A stretch of DNA of 64,000 nt, taken from contig CAWCKY010000003.1 of the NCBI GenBank assembly GCA_963796275.1, positions 608,001 to 672,000 on the forward strand, in the 5' to 3' direction. Every line of letters starts with the position of its first letter. Position 1 is the first letter of the stretch. The notes beneath the pieces are model-generated. The model was not told the DNA's origin. It saw only the letters and a program-made list of their open reading frames with translations, and ran no database searches. The translations under genes and the position numbers were made by a program. Source of the DNA: an uncultured Acidobacteriota bacterium (GTDB taxonomy: Bacteria > Acidobacteriota > Blastocatellia > RBC074). This document shows, one piece after another, positions 22,192 through 33,080 of this stretch.

Positions 22192-22982
22192 CGCAACCCT
22201 TGCGCCTCCGCGACATAATGTTGCTTGTAGCGACCTGCCATCTTCCTCATCTCCAGCAAAACGAAGACGTCCGCCGTTCCAAACTCTACATCATATGCGG
22301 GCGGGCCGCAAACAACAGCTCCAGTGCGCAAGTAACCTCTCATGATCGGAGGAATCTTTCGCAAAATCTCTCTCTCATCGACCTTATCACCCGTTCGATC
22401 GCTTATCTCCATCCGGCAGGATTCGAGCGGCCGTACGCGGTATTTTTCCGGCGCGAAATGATGAGTACGCAGATACGAGTAAATCGGCTGCACCTCCTCG
22501 ATATCAGAGCAATGGAGGCTGGCGCAACCGAACATGTGACTGATGTTCTTCTCGAAAGCATACCGTGAGATCGCACTCCAAAGCAGATTGATGGTGGCGA
22601 ACGTGCGGTGGGTGGCGGCGATACATGAACGACCGAGCTCGAGCAGATCTCCCGGTAGTTTCTTGAGGTTGCTCAGATCGAACTCGTTCTCTGAATAGAA
22701 ACCGATCTGCTTTTCCGCCCGACCCCTACGCAGCAGGCGATAGGTGCCGACCACTTTCTCACTTTTGATATCCTTGACTATCAGGTGATCACAATAAGCG
22801 TCATAAGGATCGGAGTCGAATCCCTTGTCGTAAGATGAGACCAGCCCTTCCTGTAATTCGAGGTTGAAGACTTCGAAACGCAACCTCATCGCCCGATCAA
22901 TCTCGGCGAAGCTCGTTGCCAGTTTCACTTCAAGTGTGTTGGTGCGGATTAACGTGGAATCACTTGTGCCTATCATTGTCAT
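22188..22982 (-). CDS. olsB: GNAT N-acyl amino acid synthase (OlsB-like ornithine N-acyltransferase)
   Basis: LRFEVF, DPYDAYCDHL, VVGTYRL, LELGRSC, PPIMRGYLR and DVEFGTAD motifs of the OlsB/FeeM-type family. Confidence 0.78.
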   Translation of the reverse strand: MTMIGTSDSTLIRTNTLEVKLATSFAEIDRAMRLRFEVFNLELQEGLVSSYDKGFDSDPYDAYCDHLIVKDIKSEKVVGTYRLLRRGRAEKQIGFYSENEFDLSNLKKLPGDLLELGRSCIAATHRTFATINLLWSAISRYAFEKNISHMFGCASLHCSDIEEVQPIYSYLRTHHFAPEKYRVRPLESCRMEISDRTGDKVDEREILRKIPPIMRGYLRTGAVVCGPPAYDVEFGTADVFVLLEMRKMAGRYKQHYVAEAQGLR

Positions 22983-23069
22983 ATATATTCGATGCGTACC
23001 TTTGTATCTATTCGATCATTCAGACTTCGACAGACTACGGATTAGCCTCACGTAAAATACACATCGTAT

Positions 23070-23120
23070 GTTCAGGCTGAGTTAGGCTTTTGTTAGTTGT
23101 GGGTTATGATTTTGTTTGGT
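23070..23120 (-). promoter_or_regulatory. Pho-box-like array upstream of olsB-olsA
   Basis: GTT(A/C/T) at exact 11-bp period: gttcaggctga/gttaggctttt/gttagttgtgg/gttatgatttt/gtttgg. Confidence 0.6.
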
Positions 23121-23400
23121 AGGTCTTAAGAGCTTTCGATCGACTCGTCGTGGAGTTTATAGGCACATATTTGATGAAGACTTTACATCGCGATTACCTG
23201 GAGTTGAGATGGGTTGTTTATGCTCGTCAGTAATTTAGGTGCCTAGTCCTGTGTCTCAGGTACTTCCGTTCAAAGGAGCGGAAGTACCATCTTTACTTAT
23301 TCTTAGAACTCAGAGTGAAAACTACAAATATAAAGGGGAAACCGCAAAGAATAAATTTTTTGCATTTCCCCTTTTGATTTGTCTTTTTCTCAGCCGGGCT

Positions 23401-24222
23401 CTATTGAGCAGCAGGCTTGTTGAATTTCGTTTCGTCAATCTCGGTATTGTTCTTCACCTCTGTGAACTTAAGGGTTACGGCGAACATGGGGGTTACCTGT
23501 TTCAGGGTGTGCGGAGTATTGACGCCATCCACCGGCTTATAATCTTCGAAATACCGCTCGATTGCCATAATGCCTTGAGGACCATCACGTTCGGCATCGT
23601 GCCGTGTCAATAAACCGGTTTTGACATCGAAGTAAAACTTTTCCAGGGCTCCCTCGGTAGGAGTAGCCTCTATGACGTAGACATCGGATAATCCGATTTT
23701 ATCCCTGCCTTTAACCCCCAGTTTCGTATAGTTCTTGTTGAAGTTCAGCATCGAATAGAAGTCGGCTTCTCTTTTAGTTGCGGAAAGTTCCAGGCCGGTG
23801 AGTTCTCGGAATCCGTTAAATGGATCGTTCGACCACCCCTTTGTGCCATCAAATACGCTGTTTATCGTTCCAAACCCTTCAATATTAATGGTGGTTGCAT
23901 TCTTGTTCGGGGCTTTCGTGAATGCTTCGATGGAACCGCTCACGTTCATCGTTTCTATCTGAAATGTTCCCTTGACGATACGCGAATTCAATTTCATACA
24001 GGCGTCCTTGCCCCCAAGTGCCTTGACATATTTATCGATGATTTCGTCGGCAGTCGGTAGCGGTGCAGCCGGGCTTGCCGACGGTTTCTCTTCTTTTTTC
24101 GTCGCGTCCGTGGTTGATTCTTTGGGTGTATCGTTCTTCGGCTCGTTCTTTGGCTTCTCCTGTGCCACGATGGAGATGATCATCATCAGTGACAATAGCA
24201 AGCACATTGCAACGCGTTTCAT
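23401..24222 (-). CDS. Hypothetical exported protein (LolA-like / zinc-protease C-terminal-like beta fold suspected)
   Basis: Signal peptide; DEIIDKYVKALGG, YFDVKTGLL and FEDYKPVDGV patterns. Confidence 0.75.
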   Translation of the reverse strand: MKRVAMCLLLSLMMIISIVAQEKPKNEPKNDTPKESTTDATKKEEKPSASPAAPLPTADEIIDKYVKALGGKDACMKLNSRIVKGTFQIETMNVSGSIEAFTKAPNKNATTINIEGFGTINSVFDGTKGWSNDPFNGFRELTGLELSATKREADFYSMLNFNKNYTKLGVKGRDKIGLSDVYVIEATPTEGALEKFYFDVKTGLLTRHDAERDGPQGIMAIERYFEDYKPVDGVNTPHTLKQVTPMFAVTLKFTEVKNNTEIDETKFNKPAAQ

Positions 24223-24531
24223 AAAAATTCTTCCTTTCTCGTGTCTCTCTTCGTATTTGATTTACTCGTTGATTTACTCTTTGACTATATATTTTGTCGT
24301 TTCGTCTATATCTTACTACGGCGACTGTTCGATATTAAGCGAAGTAGTGGAGAACGGTTATTTCTACGAAATAATCGCCCCGAGGTTCCGGCTTACTGGG
24401 CGGCTGGAGGATGATGAATGCGTTGATTTAGCTCTAAATCTGAATTAGCATCGAAGTGTCATTAAAATGAGCGCTTTAGACTTCTGCACAAATCATTCAA
24501 CGTCGAACTCCACTGCATAAAACTGTGAATT

Positions 24532-26895
24532 ATGGCTTCTTATGATGAAACCGAGAAACCGGCCGCGACACTGCATATCTTGCAGAGAGACGGCAGTCTG
24601 TCAGAACGCAGTCTGATGCAACAGGAGACGACGATCGGGAAGAGCGCACACAACGATATCATACTGGCCGACGCGTCTGTTTCCAGTAGGCACGCGAAGA
24701 TAGCGTTTAATGAAGGTGCCTTTACTCTTACCGACCTGGGCAGTCGCAACGGAACATTTCTCAATGACGTCAAGCTCGTCGAGTCGCGTGCGTTGAGTCA
24801 CGGCGATCGCATAAGAATGGGACATTGCACGCTGACAATAAGGATCGAAGGGGTTGACGATACGCTAGTGTTGAACGTCTCCGAGGCTGGCGCTCAGCCT
24901 CCTCTTCCTCCCACGCCGCCGCCCTCTCCTGTCTCTCCCACAATCAGTGAAGAGGCGCTTGCCACTGCGCTGGTAACTTCGGGATTGGTCGCTCAAGCGG
25001 AGGTCGATCGTTTGCATGAGTCGGGAGGTGACGGACTCCGGCTTTACGCCGCGTTGCTAAAAAAGAATCTGGTGAGCGAACTCGGGTTGCGCGATCTGAT
25101 AAGTCGAACGTTCAACATCCCGCCGGTAGAGCTGAAAACGATGGATGTCGATGTGGTTGCTGCTGCGGCTTTACGCCCGCAATTCCTTCGTGAGAACCTC
25201 ATCTGCCCGATCGTTGGGCAGTCGGCGGATCATCTCCTCATCGCGGTCGCCGATCCGACCGACAAACATTCGATCGATGAAATTGAACTGATCACTCGAA
25301 AAAAAGCGTCGCTGAGGATCGCGACGCCCAGCGAGATCGGTGAAAAACTCGAGAATTACTTCACCCCTAGATTGATCGGCGTGACCCCTACAGGCGAAAA
25401 GGTCGAGACGTTACTAAATCACCTGGAAACCGATATCGGGAAAGCGCCGCACAATAGCTTTGTCATATCAGATCCCACAGTGAGTAACACGCACGCGGTC
25501 ATTATCGCCCGCGACGGTTGTTACAGCATCGTGGATCTGGGCAGCAGCAACGGGACAATTGTCGATGGTAAACGTCTGGGCAACGAGGCATATACCCTTC
25601 AACATGGCGACAAGATTCAACTCGGGCAGGTCGTGCTCACCTTTCGGAATCCGGCTGAAACGACGGAGAACAAGACCGCACGCATTTCATCCGATGCGCT
25701 GGAGGATGTGAGAAAGCGAATCACCCTCAATCCGCCAGCTATAGGAGTAGCCAAAGATCCTGAATTTCGTGAATCAAAGCATTCCATCGTTTCATCGGAA
25801 ACAGAGGAAGATGAGGATGATGGGGAAGAGAGAAAGGATAAGAAGAAAAAAAAGAAAGATGGCGATCGGATAAAAGCGGCGCTGGTCAATTCCACCAGCC
25901 GCATTCTGGCCACTGTTCTCGGATCGCTATTGACGCTGACTATCGCGCTTTATTTCATGCGCCCATCACAGCAGCCTTCACCCCCGCCCGGCTCAAAAGA
26001 AGGGCAACAGGCGGCTGCTGGATCTCGACTGGCTCCCTCAGATTCGTGGCAGGATTTCAGCACCAGATTATTTCGGTCTCCCATAGAGGCATCCGGGGTC
26101 GCCTATTTGCCCGGCGCCAACGGCGTGATCGTGGTATCGGATAACCAGAATGGCGAAGTGCTCTGGATGCCGCTCAATGAAGATGGAGGGCAAGCCGGTC
26201 CGCTAAAATCCGTCCCGCTCGGTGTAAGTTTCAAAGACCCGGAGGCGATCACTTATGGCAATTCCTATTTTTATCTCCTCACCTCGCAATCGGAGCCGAA
26301 AAATGGCGCAGAGAATGCCCTTGTACGTTTTGAGTTCAATAGTGAAACGCAATCGCTGCGCGGCCAGGCCGATATAATCAGTGATTTCCGTACCTTTCTG
26401 CTCTCGAACGTGCCGGAAATCGCATCGCTGGGCGCTCCGCCGGGAGCTGAGGGGGGACTCAACATCGAAGGCATCGCCTGGGATCCGATCAATGAGCGTC
26501 TGCTGGTCGGTCTGCGGTCTCCGCTCGTCGGTAACAAAGCCGTCCTCATCCCGATTAAACTTCGTGATCCACATGGCTCTTTCGTAACCGATAACCTCAG
26601 CGTCGACGAGCCTCGTGTGATTGTCTTCCCGCTCGGCGGTCACGGCGTGCGGGATATTACTTACGACACCATACTGCGGAATTTCCTGATCATCTCCGGG
26701 TCCCCGGAAGATGTGCGAAAGACCGACTTCGTCCTTTGGGAATGGAGCGGTCAGCCGGACGCCAACCCCGTCAGGTTGATGACGCTCGAAGAAAAAGCCA
26801 AGCCTGAGGGGCTGACCGTCCCGACCATCAACGGCCGCAGCTTTGTCTTCATCGTCGGAGATGCGGGCGGCTATCTCAAGTTGAATTACCAATAG
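24532..26895 (+). CDS. Membrane protein: FHA - T2SSE_N (GspE/PilB N-domain-like) - FHA - TM - DUF3616-like propeller
   Basis: Two FHA motifs (IGK..VSSRHA..DLGSRNGT and IGK..VSNTHA..DLGSSNGT), LLIAVADP segment, one TM after a Lys-rich stretch, C-terminal IEASGV / GGLNIEGIAW / GLRSPL / KPEGL motifs. Confidence 0.8.
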   Translation: MASYDETEKPAATLHILQRDGSLSERSLMQQETTIGKSAHNDIILADASVSSRHAKIAFNEGAFTLTDLGSRNGTFLNDVKLVESRALSHGDRIRMGHCTLTIRIEGVDDTLVLNVSEAGAQPPLPPTPPPSPVSPTISEEALATALVTSGLVAQAEVDRLHESGGDGLRLYAALLKKNLVSELGLRDLISRTFNIPPVELKTMDVDVVAAAALRPQFLRENLICPIVGQSADHLLIAVADPTDKHSIDEIELITRKKASLRIATPSEIGEKLENYFTPRLIGVTPTGEKVETLLNHLETDIGKAPHNSFVISDPTVSNTHAVIIARDGCYSIVDLGSSNGTIVDGKRLGNEAYTLQHGDKIQLGQVVLTFRNPAETTENKTARISSDALEDVRKRITLNPPAIGVAKDPEFRESKHSIVSSETEEDEDDGEERKDKKKKKKDGDRIKAALVNSTSRILATVLGSLLTLTIALYFMRPSQQPSPPPGSKEGQQAAAGSRLAPSDSWQDFSTRLFRSPIEASGVAYLPGANGVIVVSDNQNGEVLWMPLNEDGGQAGPLKSVPLGVSFKDPEAITYGNSYFYLLTSQSEPKNGAENALVRFEFNSETQSLRGQADIISDFRTFLLSNVPEIASLGAPPGAEGGLNIEGIAWDPINERLLVGLRSPLVGNKAVLIPIKLRDPHGSFVTDNLSVDEPRVIVFPLGGHGVRDITYDTILRNFLIISGSPEDVRKTDFVLWEWSGQPDANPVRLMTLEEKAKPEGLTVPTINGRSFVFIVGDAGGYLKLNYQ

Positions 26896-26903
26896 ATCAT
26901 AGA

Positions 26904-27767
26904 ATGCATTTAATCATTCAACCGCGCGATGGTATCGAACCCTTGCTCCAAGGCATCGATCAGGCAAGGCATCGTATAGAGATCACCATCTATCGCCTCG
27001 ATCAGATAGAGATCGAACAGGCTCTGGTTGCCGCGGCGGCACGGGGTGTGGCAGTTCATGCCTTGATCACTTACACCAATCGTGAAGACCTGCGAGATAT
27101 CAAGAAGCTCGAAAGGCGCATGGCCCAATGTGGGATAACCGTCACACGCACCGCCGAAGACCTGATCCGTTATCACAGTAAGTTGATGATCATCGATCGG
27201 CGCTTGCTCTATCTGCTCACTTTCAACTTCACCTTTCTCGATATTCACCACAGCCGCAGCTTCGGTATGGTCACTGAAGAGACGGCGCTGGTAAACGAAG
27301 CTGTACGGTTGTTTGAGATCGATACCTTACGCCAGCCCGGGAAGACGGACTTCGAGCACTTCATTATCAGCCCGATTAACGCGCGCGAGAGGCTGACCAG
27401 CTTCATCCTCGGAGCCGAAAAACAACTCTTGATATACGATGACAAGCTTTCCGATGCGCTCATAATCCGACATCTCGAGGTGCTTTCAGAATCGGGGATC
27501 GACATCAAGGTCATCGGCGAGATGGAGAAGCGCGCCAAGGGAATCGAGGTCAAGAAGATACCCGGTCTTCATCTTCATACACAGGCGATCATACGCGACC
27601 GCAACCATGTGTTCTTCGGCAGTCAGAGCTTGCGCAAAGTCGAACTGGAGGAACGCCGCGAAATCGGCTTGATCACCAGCAATAAGGCTGCTGTCAAAAG
27701 TTTCTTCGTAATATTCGAGTTGGACTGGGGAGATATCATCCTATATCCCGGCGAGCAGATCAGGTAG
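26904..27767 (+). CDS. Phospholipase D-like protein
   Basis: First HKD motif YHSKLMIID; second motif degenerate (LHTQAIIRD...GSQSL). Confidence 0.8.
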   Translation: MHLIIQPRDGIEPLLQGIDQARHRIEITIYRLDQIEIEQALVAAAARGVAVHALITYTNREDLRDIKKLERRMAQCGITVTRTAEDLIRYHSKLMIIDRRLLYLLTFNFTFLDIHHSRSFGMVTEETALVNEAVRLFEIDTLRQPGKTDFEHFIISPINARERLTSFILGAEKQLLIYDDKLSDALIIRHLEVLSESGIDIKVIGEMEKRAKGIEVKKIPGLHLHTQAIIRDRNHVFFGSQSLRKVELEERREIGLITSNKAAVKSFFVIFELDWGDIILYPGEQIR

Positions 27768-27813
27768 AGCAGAACCTCCATCCTTTTCCTCAATTTCACC
27801 CCCAAATTCAATT

Positions 27814-27870
27814 GTTTAATATCTAGTTTAATATCTAATTGATATCGATTTAATGTCGAATTAATGCGCA
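27814..27870 (+). promoter_or_regulatory. Pho-box-like array upstream of phoU-phoB-phoR
   Basis: tttaatatcta/attgatatcga/tttaatgtcga/attaatgcgca at 11-bp period from 27827, plus a fifth copy at 27815. Confidence 0.68.
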
Positions 27871-28045
27871 ATCGATATAATACAATTTAAGAATGCGAAA
27901 CGGGGTGGGGGACCGGGGGGGATAACTGAAACCTTAAGCTTGTTTTTCAATGATACAAATGGCAAATTTCCATAATATCAGTAATGTGCAACTAATTTCG
28001 GAACGAGCCGGCGAGATGTCTCGAGAGATGATGCCGGAGGGAACG

Positions 28046-28708
28046 ATGAGAAATTTGCCGGAAACGGCTGTGAATCAACTGCGGGATCACGTGCTGCTGA
28101 TGGGAGGAGAGGTCGAACGCGCGATTGACCAGGCAACGCGGGCGTTGATAGAACGCGACACGGAACTGGCCGAACAGGTGCTTCGCGATGATGATCTCGT
28201 CGATGGTCTGGAGCTCGAATCAGATCAGCTATGCGTAAGGTTGCTCGCCTTGCAACTATCCGACCCGCAGGACCTGCGGTTGGTTGTTACTGCCATCAAG
28301 ATTACCCCGATCCTCGAAAGAATTGCCGATCACGCCTGCAATATCGCACGAGCAGCGATCTATCTGAACGACGAGCCGCAATTGCAACCATATTTTGATT
28401 TACCGAAGATGAGCTGGCTGGCCTGCGAGATGCTGCGCTTATCGCTCGATGCCTTCGCGGCAGTCGATGCGGCGGCCGCCCGCGCTGTGATCGAGCGCGA
28501 CGACGATATAGATAAGCTATATGATCGGATCTTTCACGATCTCCTCGCCCGCATGTCGCGTGATCCGGATGCTGCGGGGCGCGCTGCGCGTCTCCTGCTG
28601 GTCGCCAAACATCTCGAACGCATCGGTGATTATGTTACCGACATCTGCGAGCTGATAGTTTACATGAAAGATGCCCTCGTCATTAAACATAGCCAATTGG
28701 CAAGATGA
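28046..28708 (+). CDS. phoU: Phosphate signalling protein PhoU
   Basis: MGGEVERAI, DLRLVV, LERIADHACNIA and LERIGD motifs; ATG at 28046 follows GGAGG (the ORF can extend to 27950). Confidence 0.92.
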   Translation: MRNLPETAVNQLRDHVLLMGGEVERAIDQATRALIERDTELAEQVLRDDDLVDGLELESDQLCVRLLALQLSDPQDLRLVVTAIKITPILERIADHACNIARAAIYLNDEPQLQPYFDLPKMSWLACEMLRLSLDAFAAVDAAAARAVIERDDDIDKLYDRIFHDLLARMSRDPDAAGRAARLLLVAKHLERIGDYVTDICELIVYMKDALVIKHSQLAR

Positions 28709-28806
28709 CTTTTGATTGGGATGGCAGACTGCGAATTGTTGATCGAGATGGGTTTAATCCTGGCCGATTCAACAATCCGAGATCCGCAATCCGGAATCCG
28801 CAATCT

Positions 28807-29621
<815 letters not shown>

Positions 29622-29633
29622 TGATAATCCGGA

Positions 29634-31007
29634 ATGACGACGCAAGGGAAAAAAGTAATCCTCGCCACCATCGTAATGGTAGCGTTCTTTGCACTGTATG
29701 AAACGCTAAAGACGCTGATCCACCCGGAGATGAGCGTCATCACATCACACCTCATTTCAACTATTATTGTCGGCATAATCGCCTTCCTCACTGCCCGCTA
29801 TGGGATTCGGCAGCAGACCCATCTGCTCGAAGAGCGCGAGAAGAGCAATCTGCAGCTGCGCGATGCTCTCGCGCGAGCCGGCCGGGACGAAAATTTGCTG
29901 CGTTCCATCGTCTCATCGGTCGCCGAAGGGCTTGTCATCACGGACAGCGAATCGAGAGTGCTCATCATAAATGATGCCGCGCGCACATTTCTCAACATCG
30001 GCCGGCGGCCGGCGACGAGGTTGACCGACATCAGTCGCGACCCGCAGGTGCACCGCGCTTTCTCGAACGTGCTGGCGACCGGCGAATGCGCGGAAGCGCG
30101 CATCGAAACGCGGTCGGGCGATGGCACCGCCGTCAGCCGGCGCATTCTTCACCTCCATGCCGCCCCACTCAAGCTCCAAGAAGGTCAGATAGATGGAGTA
30201 GTGGGGGCTTTCATCGATATCTCGAAACTTGAGCTGCTCGAGCGGATACGGCAGGAATTTCTTTCGAATGTGTCCCACGAATTGAGGACCCCGCTCGCCT
30301 CCATCACCGCCTATGTTGAGACATTGCTCGACGGTGGGATGGATGATCGCGATACCAGCATGCGATTCCTCAACACAATACATCGCAATGCCGAGCGGAT
30401 GAGGGCGCTGGTGAACGACATTTCCGAACTGTCGGAGATAGAATCCGGCGCAGTGCACCTCACCATCGAGCCTTTTGAATTGCGCGAACTTGTCGATGAA
30501 GTATTTTCGGGACTGGCACCGCGTGCGGCGAAAAGCGGAGTCCTGCTCGATAATAAGGTTTCGGGTGCGATAGACGTTACGGCTGACCGCCACCGGCTCG
30601 AGCAGATACTCGTAAATCTCGTCGACAATGCGATCAAATTCAACCATCCGGGCGGACAAGTGGCCGTCGCGGCAGAGATTGTCCAGGACGGGATTCTCGT
30701 AAAAGTACGCGACACCGGGCAGGGCATTTCAGCAGAACACCTGCCCCGGGTATTCGAACGGTTTTATCGCGTCGACAGAGCGCGCTCGCGCGAAGCTGGC
30801 GGCACGGGGCTGGGTCTCGCCATAGTCAAACATCTGGCGCGTCTGCACGGCGGCGAAGCTTATGTCACGAGCGAGGCCGGATCCGGCAGCGAATTCGCCA
30901 TCAAGCTCCCCCATACATCGCTGGTCAAATCTCATCCGCAAGAACTTCCATCCGATACCAAGATAGCCGGCTCCCCTGTACAACCGATTTTTCATAACGT
31001 CAATTGA
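29634..31007 (+). CDS. phoR: PAS sensor histidine kinase PhoR
   Basis: Two TMs, PAS domain, SHELRTPL H-box, NLVDNAIK, DTGQGI, FERFYRVD and GTGLGL motifs; follows phoU/phoB. Confidence 0.9.
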   Translation: MTTQGKKVILATIVMVAFFALYETLKTLIHPEMSVITSHLISTIIVGIIAFLTARYGIRQQTHLLEEREKSNLQLRDALARAGRDENLLRSIVSSVAEGLVITDSESRVLIINDAARTFLNIGRRPATRLTDISRDPQVHRAFSNVLATGECAEARIETRSGDGTAVSRRILHLHAAPLKLQEGQIDGVVGAFIDISKLELLERIRQEFLSNVSHELRTPLASITAYVETLLDGGMDDRDTSMRFLNTIHRNAERMRALVNDISELSEIESGAVHLTIEPFELRELVDEVFSGLAPRAAKSGVLLDNKVSGAIDVTADRHRLEQILVNLVDNAIKFNHPGGQVAVAAEIVQDGILVKVRDTGQGISAEHLPRVFERFYRVDRARSREAGGTGLGLAIVKHLARLHGGEAYVTSEAGSGSEFAIKLPHTSLVKSHPQELPSDTKIAGSPVQPIFHNVN

Positions 31008-31016
31008 ATACTAGAA

Positions 31017-31475
31017 ATGGATCGTAAAACTGACTCGAACCGACGTGGGCGACTTCAGCTCAAAGTTAAACGGCTCCGGGAGGGTGCACATCTGCCGGCG
31101 CACGCAACCGATTGGTCGGCCGGCGCCGATCTATATTGTGCGGAAGCCTTCACACTCCAACCCGGGGAAAGAAAACTCGTGCCCGCCGGACTGGCGATCG
31201 AAATTCCTTACGGTTATTACGGTCGCATCGCGCCCCGTTCGGGCCTGGCCGTCCGTCACGGCATAGATACACTGGCCGGGATTATCGACAGCGACTATCG
31301 GGGCGAATTGAAAGTCGCGCTTATCAACCTCGGTGATCAGCCGGCGCGATTCGACGCCGGTGAGCGCGTCGCGCAATTAATTATCGAACGAGCTGCGAGC
31401 TGTGATTACTGCTGGGCAGATGAATTGAGCGAGACAGAGAGAGACGAAGGCGGCTTCGGCTCGACAGGAAAATAG
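31017..31475 (+). CDS. dut: dUTPase
   Basis: SAGADL, APRSGLA, GIIDSDYRGE and RDEGGFGSTG motifs. Confidence 0.96.
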   Translation: MDRKTDSNRRGRLQLKVKRLREGAHLPAHATDWSAGADLYCAEAFTLQPGERKLVPAGLAIEIPYGYYGRIAPRSGLAVRHGIDTLAGIIDSDYRGELKVALINLGDQPARFDAGERVAQLIIERAASCDYCWADELSETERDEGGFGSTGK

Positions 31476-31684
31476 CTTCAGTCGATCAGGGATTTGATGC
31501 CGAGACGCAAAGGAAATGAGCAAACAACGAAAAGTGACGGGCCAGCCGAAACTTTCTCGAGCTTTTAGTTTGTTTAACGACTTCCATTCTTTTCGCTTTG
31601 TGCTCTTTGCGTCAGATCCTTTTTGATTTAGAATCCGCGCGATCCGCACTCAGCCCTTGTTTCTGTCACGGAGGGATTAGATTT

Positions 31685-33037
31685 ATGAAAGATCGACGTG
31701 GTTTCCTAAAATCGGCGGGCGCGAGTTTGATGACCGCGGCGACATATAAAAACATAATGGGCTCGAACGATCGCGTTAGTGTCGGATTTATCGGCATCGG
31801 GCTCATCGGCAAGCGACATTTGCTCGATTTTCTGGCTCAGCCGGATGTCGATGTCGCGGCGATATGTGAGATTTACGAGCCGCGGATGCGGGAAGGCGTC
31901 GCTACCGCATCGGAAAAATCCGGAAAACAGCCCGAAACCTTCAAGGATTTCCGGCGGATGCTCGACCGGAAGGATATAGATGCAGTGGTCGTCTCGACGC
32001 CTGATCATTGGCATTCGCTGATGACGATCCTGTCATGCGCGGCAGGCAAAGATGTTTATGTCGAAAAACCGCTCACGCTCTTCGCTCGCGAAGGCCGGTG
32101 GCTCAGCGATGCGGCGGGGAAGTACAAACGCGTCGTCCAGATTGGCACGCAACAACGCTCTGGCGAACAGTACAAACAATGCCTCGATTTGATTCGCCGC
32201 GGGCACATCGGCGAAGTTCGCAATATTCGTATTTCGAGTTTCCGCAACATCATGCCCGGGTTCAGCAATCCGGTGGGCGCTGAACCGTTATCCGAAGAGG
32301 ACTGGAAGATGTGGCTGGGACCAGCGCCATACCGGCCTTTCGATAAAAATCGCTGCATCTATCACTTTCGTTGGTTCTGGGATTATTCCGGGGGACAAAC
32401 CACCAATCTGCTCTCGCATAACATCGACATCGTCCAATGGATAATGAATGCCAGGCCGCAGGCGGTTGCGGCGATGGGCGGGCGATATTCGCTCAAAGGA
32501 ATCGGCGAAACTCCCGATGTCTTTGAAGCGATCTTCGAATATCCCGGATTCATTGTGAACTGGTCGTCGAGCGAGATCAGCGCGGGACGGCGCGGCAGCC
32601 TGGAATTCTGTGGCACCAAAGGCATGCTTCGTCTCGATCGCAGCGGCTTCGAGGTCGTCCCCGATATGCTGGTCGCCGCCGATGATCAGATTCCGAGTTT
32701 CACCGAACGCCGCAGCAGGCCAACAACGCTGCAGCCGCGCACCGATGCGATGAAAAAGGAAGGGTATGAACAGGTGCGCGATCAGTTCCAACCGCACGTG
32801 CGTAACTTTCTCGATTGCGTTAAATCGCGCCAGCAGCCGGTCTCCGATCCCGAGAGCGGCCATCAGACTTCAATCGCATGCCATCTCGCGAATATAGCTC
32901 TGAAAGTCCGCCGGACGATACGCTGGGATGGGGCCAAAGAAGCGATCATAGATGACCGCGAAGCGTCAAAGCTGCTGGTGAAAGAATATAGCGCCCCATG
33001 GGATCGTGAACTCAAAGCTGTCATATCCAGGACATGA
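31685..33037 (+). CDS. Gfo/Idh/MocA family oxidoreductase, Tat-exported
   Basis: DRRGFLK Tat motif; STPDHWH, DVYVEKP and GTQQRS motifs. Confidence 0.9.
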   Translation: MKDRRGFLKSAGASLMTAATYKNIMGSNDRVSVGFIGIGLIGKRHLLDFLAQPDVDVAAICEIYEPRMREGVATASEKSGKQPETFKDFRRMLDRKDIDAVVVSTPDHWHSLMTILSCAAGKDVYVEKPLTLFAREGRWLSDAAGKYKRVVQIGTQQRSGEQYKQCLDLIRRGHIGEVRNIRISSFRNIMPGFSNPVGAEPLSEEDWKMWLGPAPYRPFDKNRCIYHFRWFWDYSGGQTTNLLSHNIDIVQWIMNARPQAVAAMGGRYSLKGIGETPDVFEAIFEYPGFIVNWSSSEISAGRRGSLEFCGTKGMLRLDRSGFEVVPDMLVAADDQIPSFTERRSRPTTLQPRTDAMKKEGYEQVRDQFQPHVRNFLDCVKSRQQPVSDPESGHQTSIACHLANIALKVRRTIRWDGAKEAIIDDREASKLLVKEYSAPWDRELKAVISRT

Positions 33038-33080
33038 GAGGAGCGATTCACCTCAATCGATGCGGTGAATCTTCGTAAAT

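Noticed and set aside
24257-24290. ttgatttactc repeat upstream of 23401..24222 as another Pho box
   Set aside because: Period is 12 rather than 11, with only two good copies
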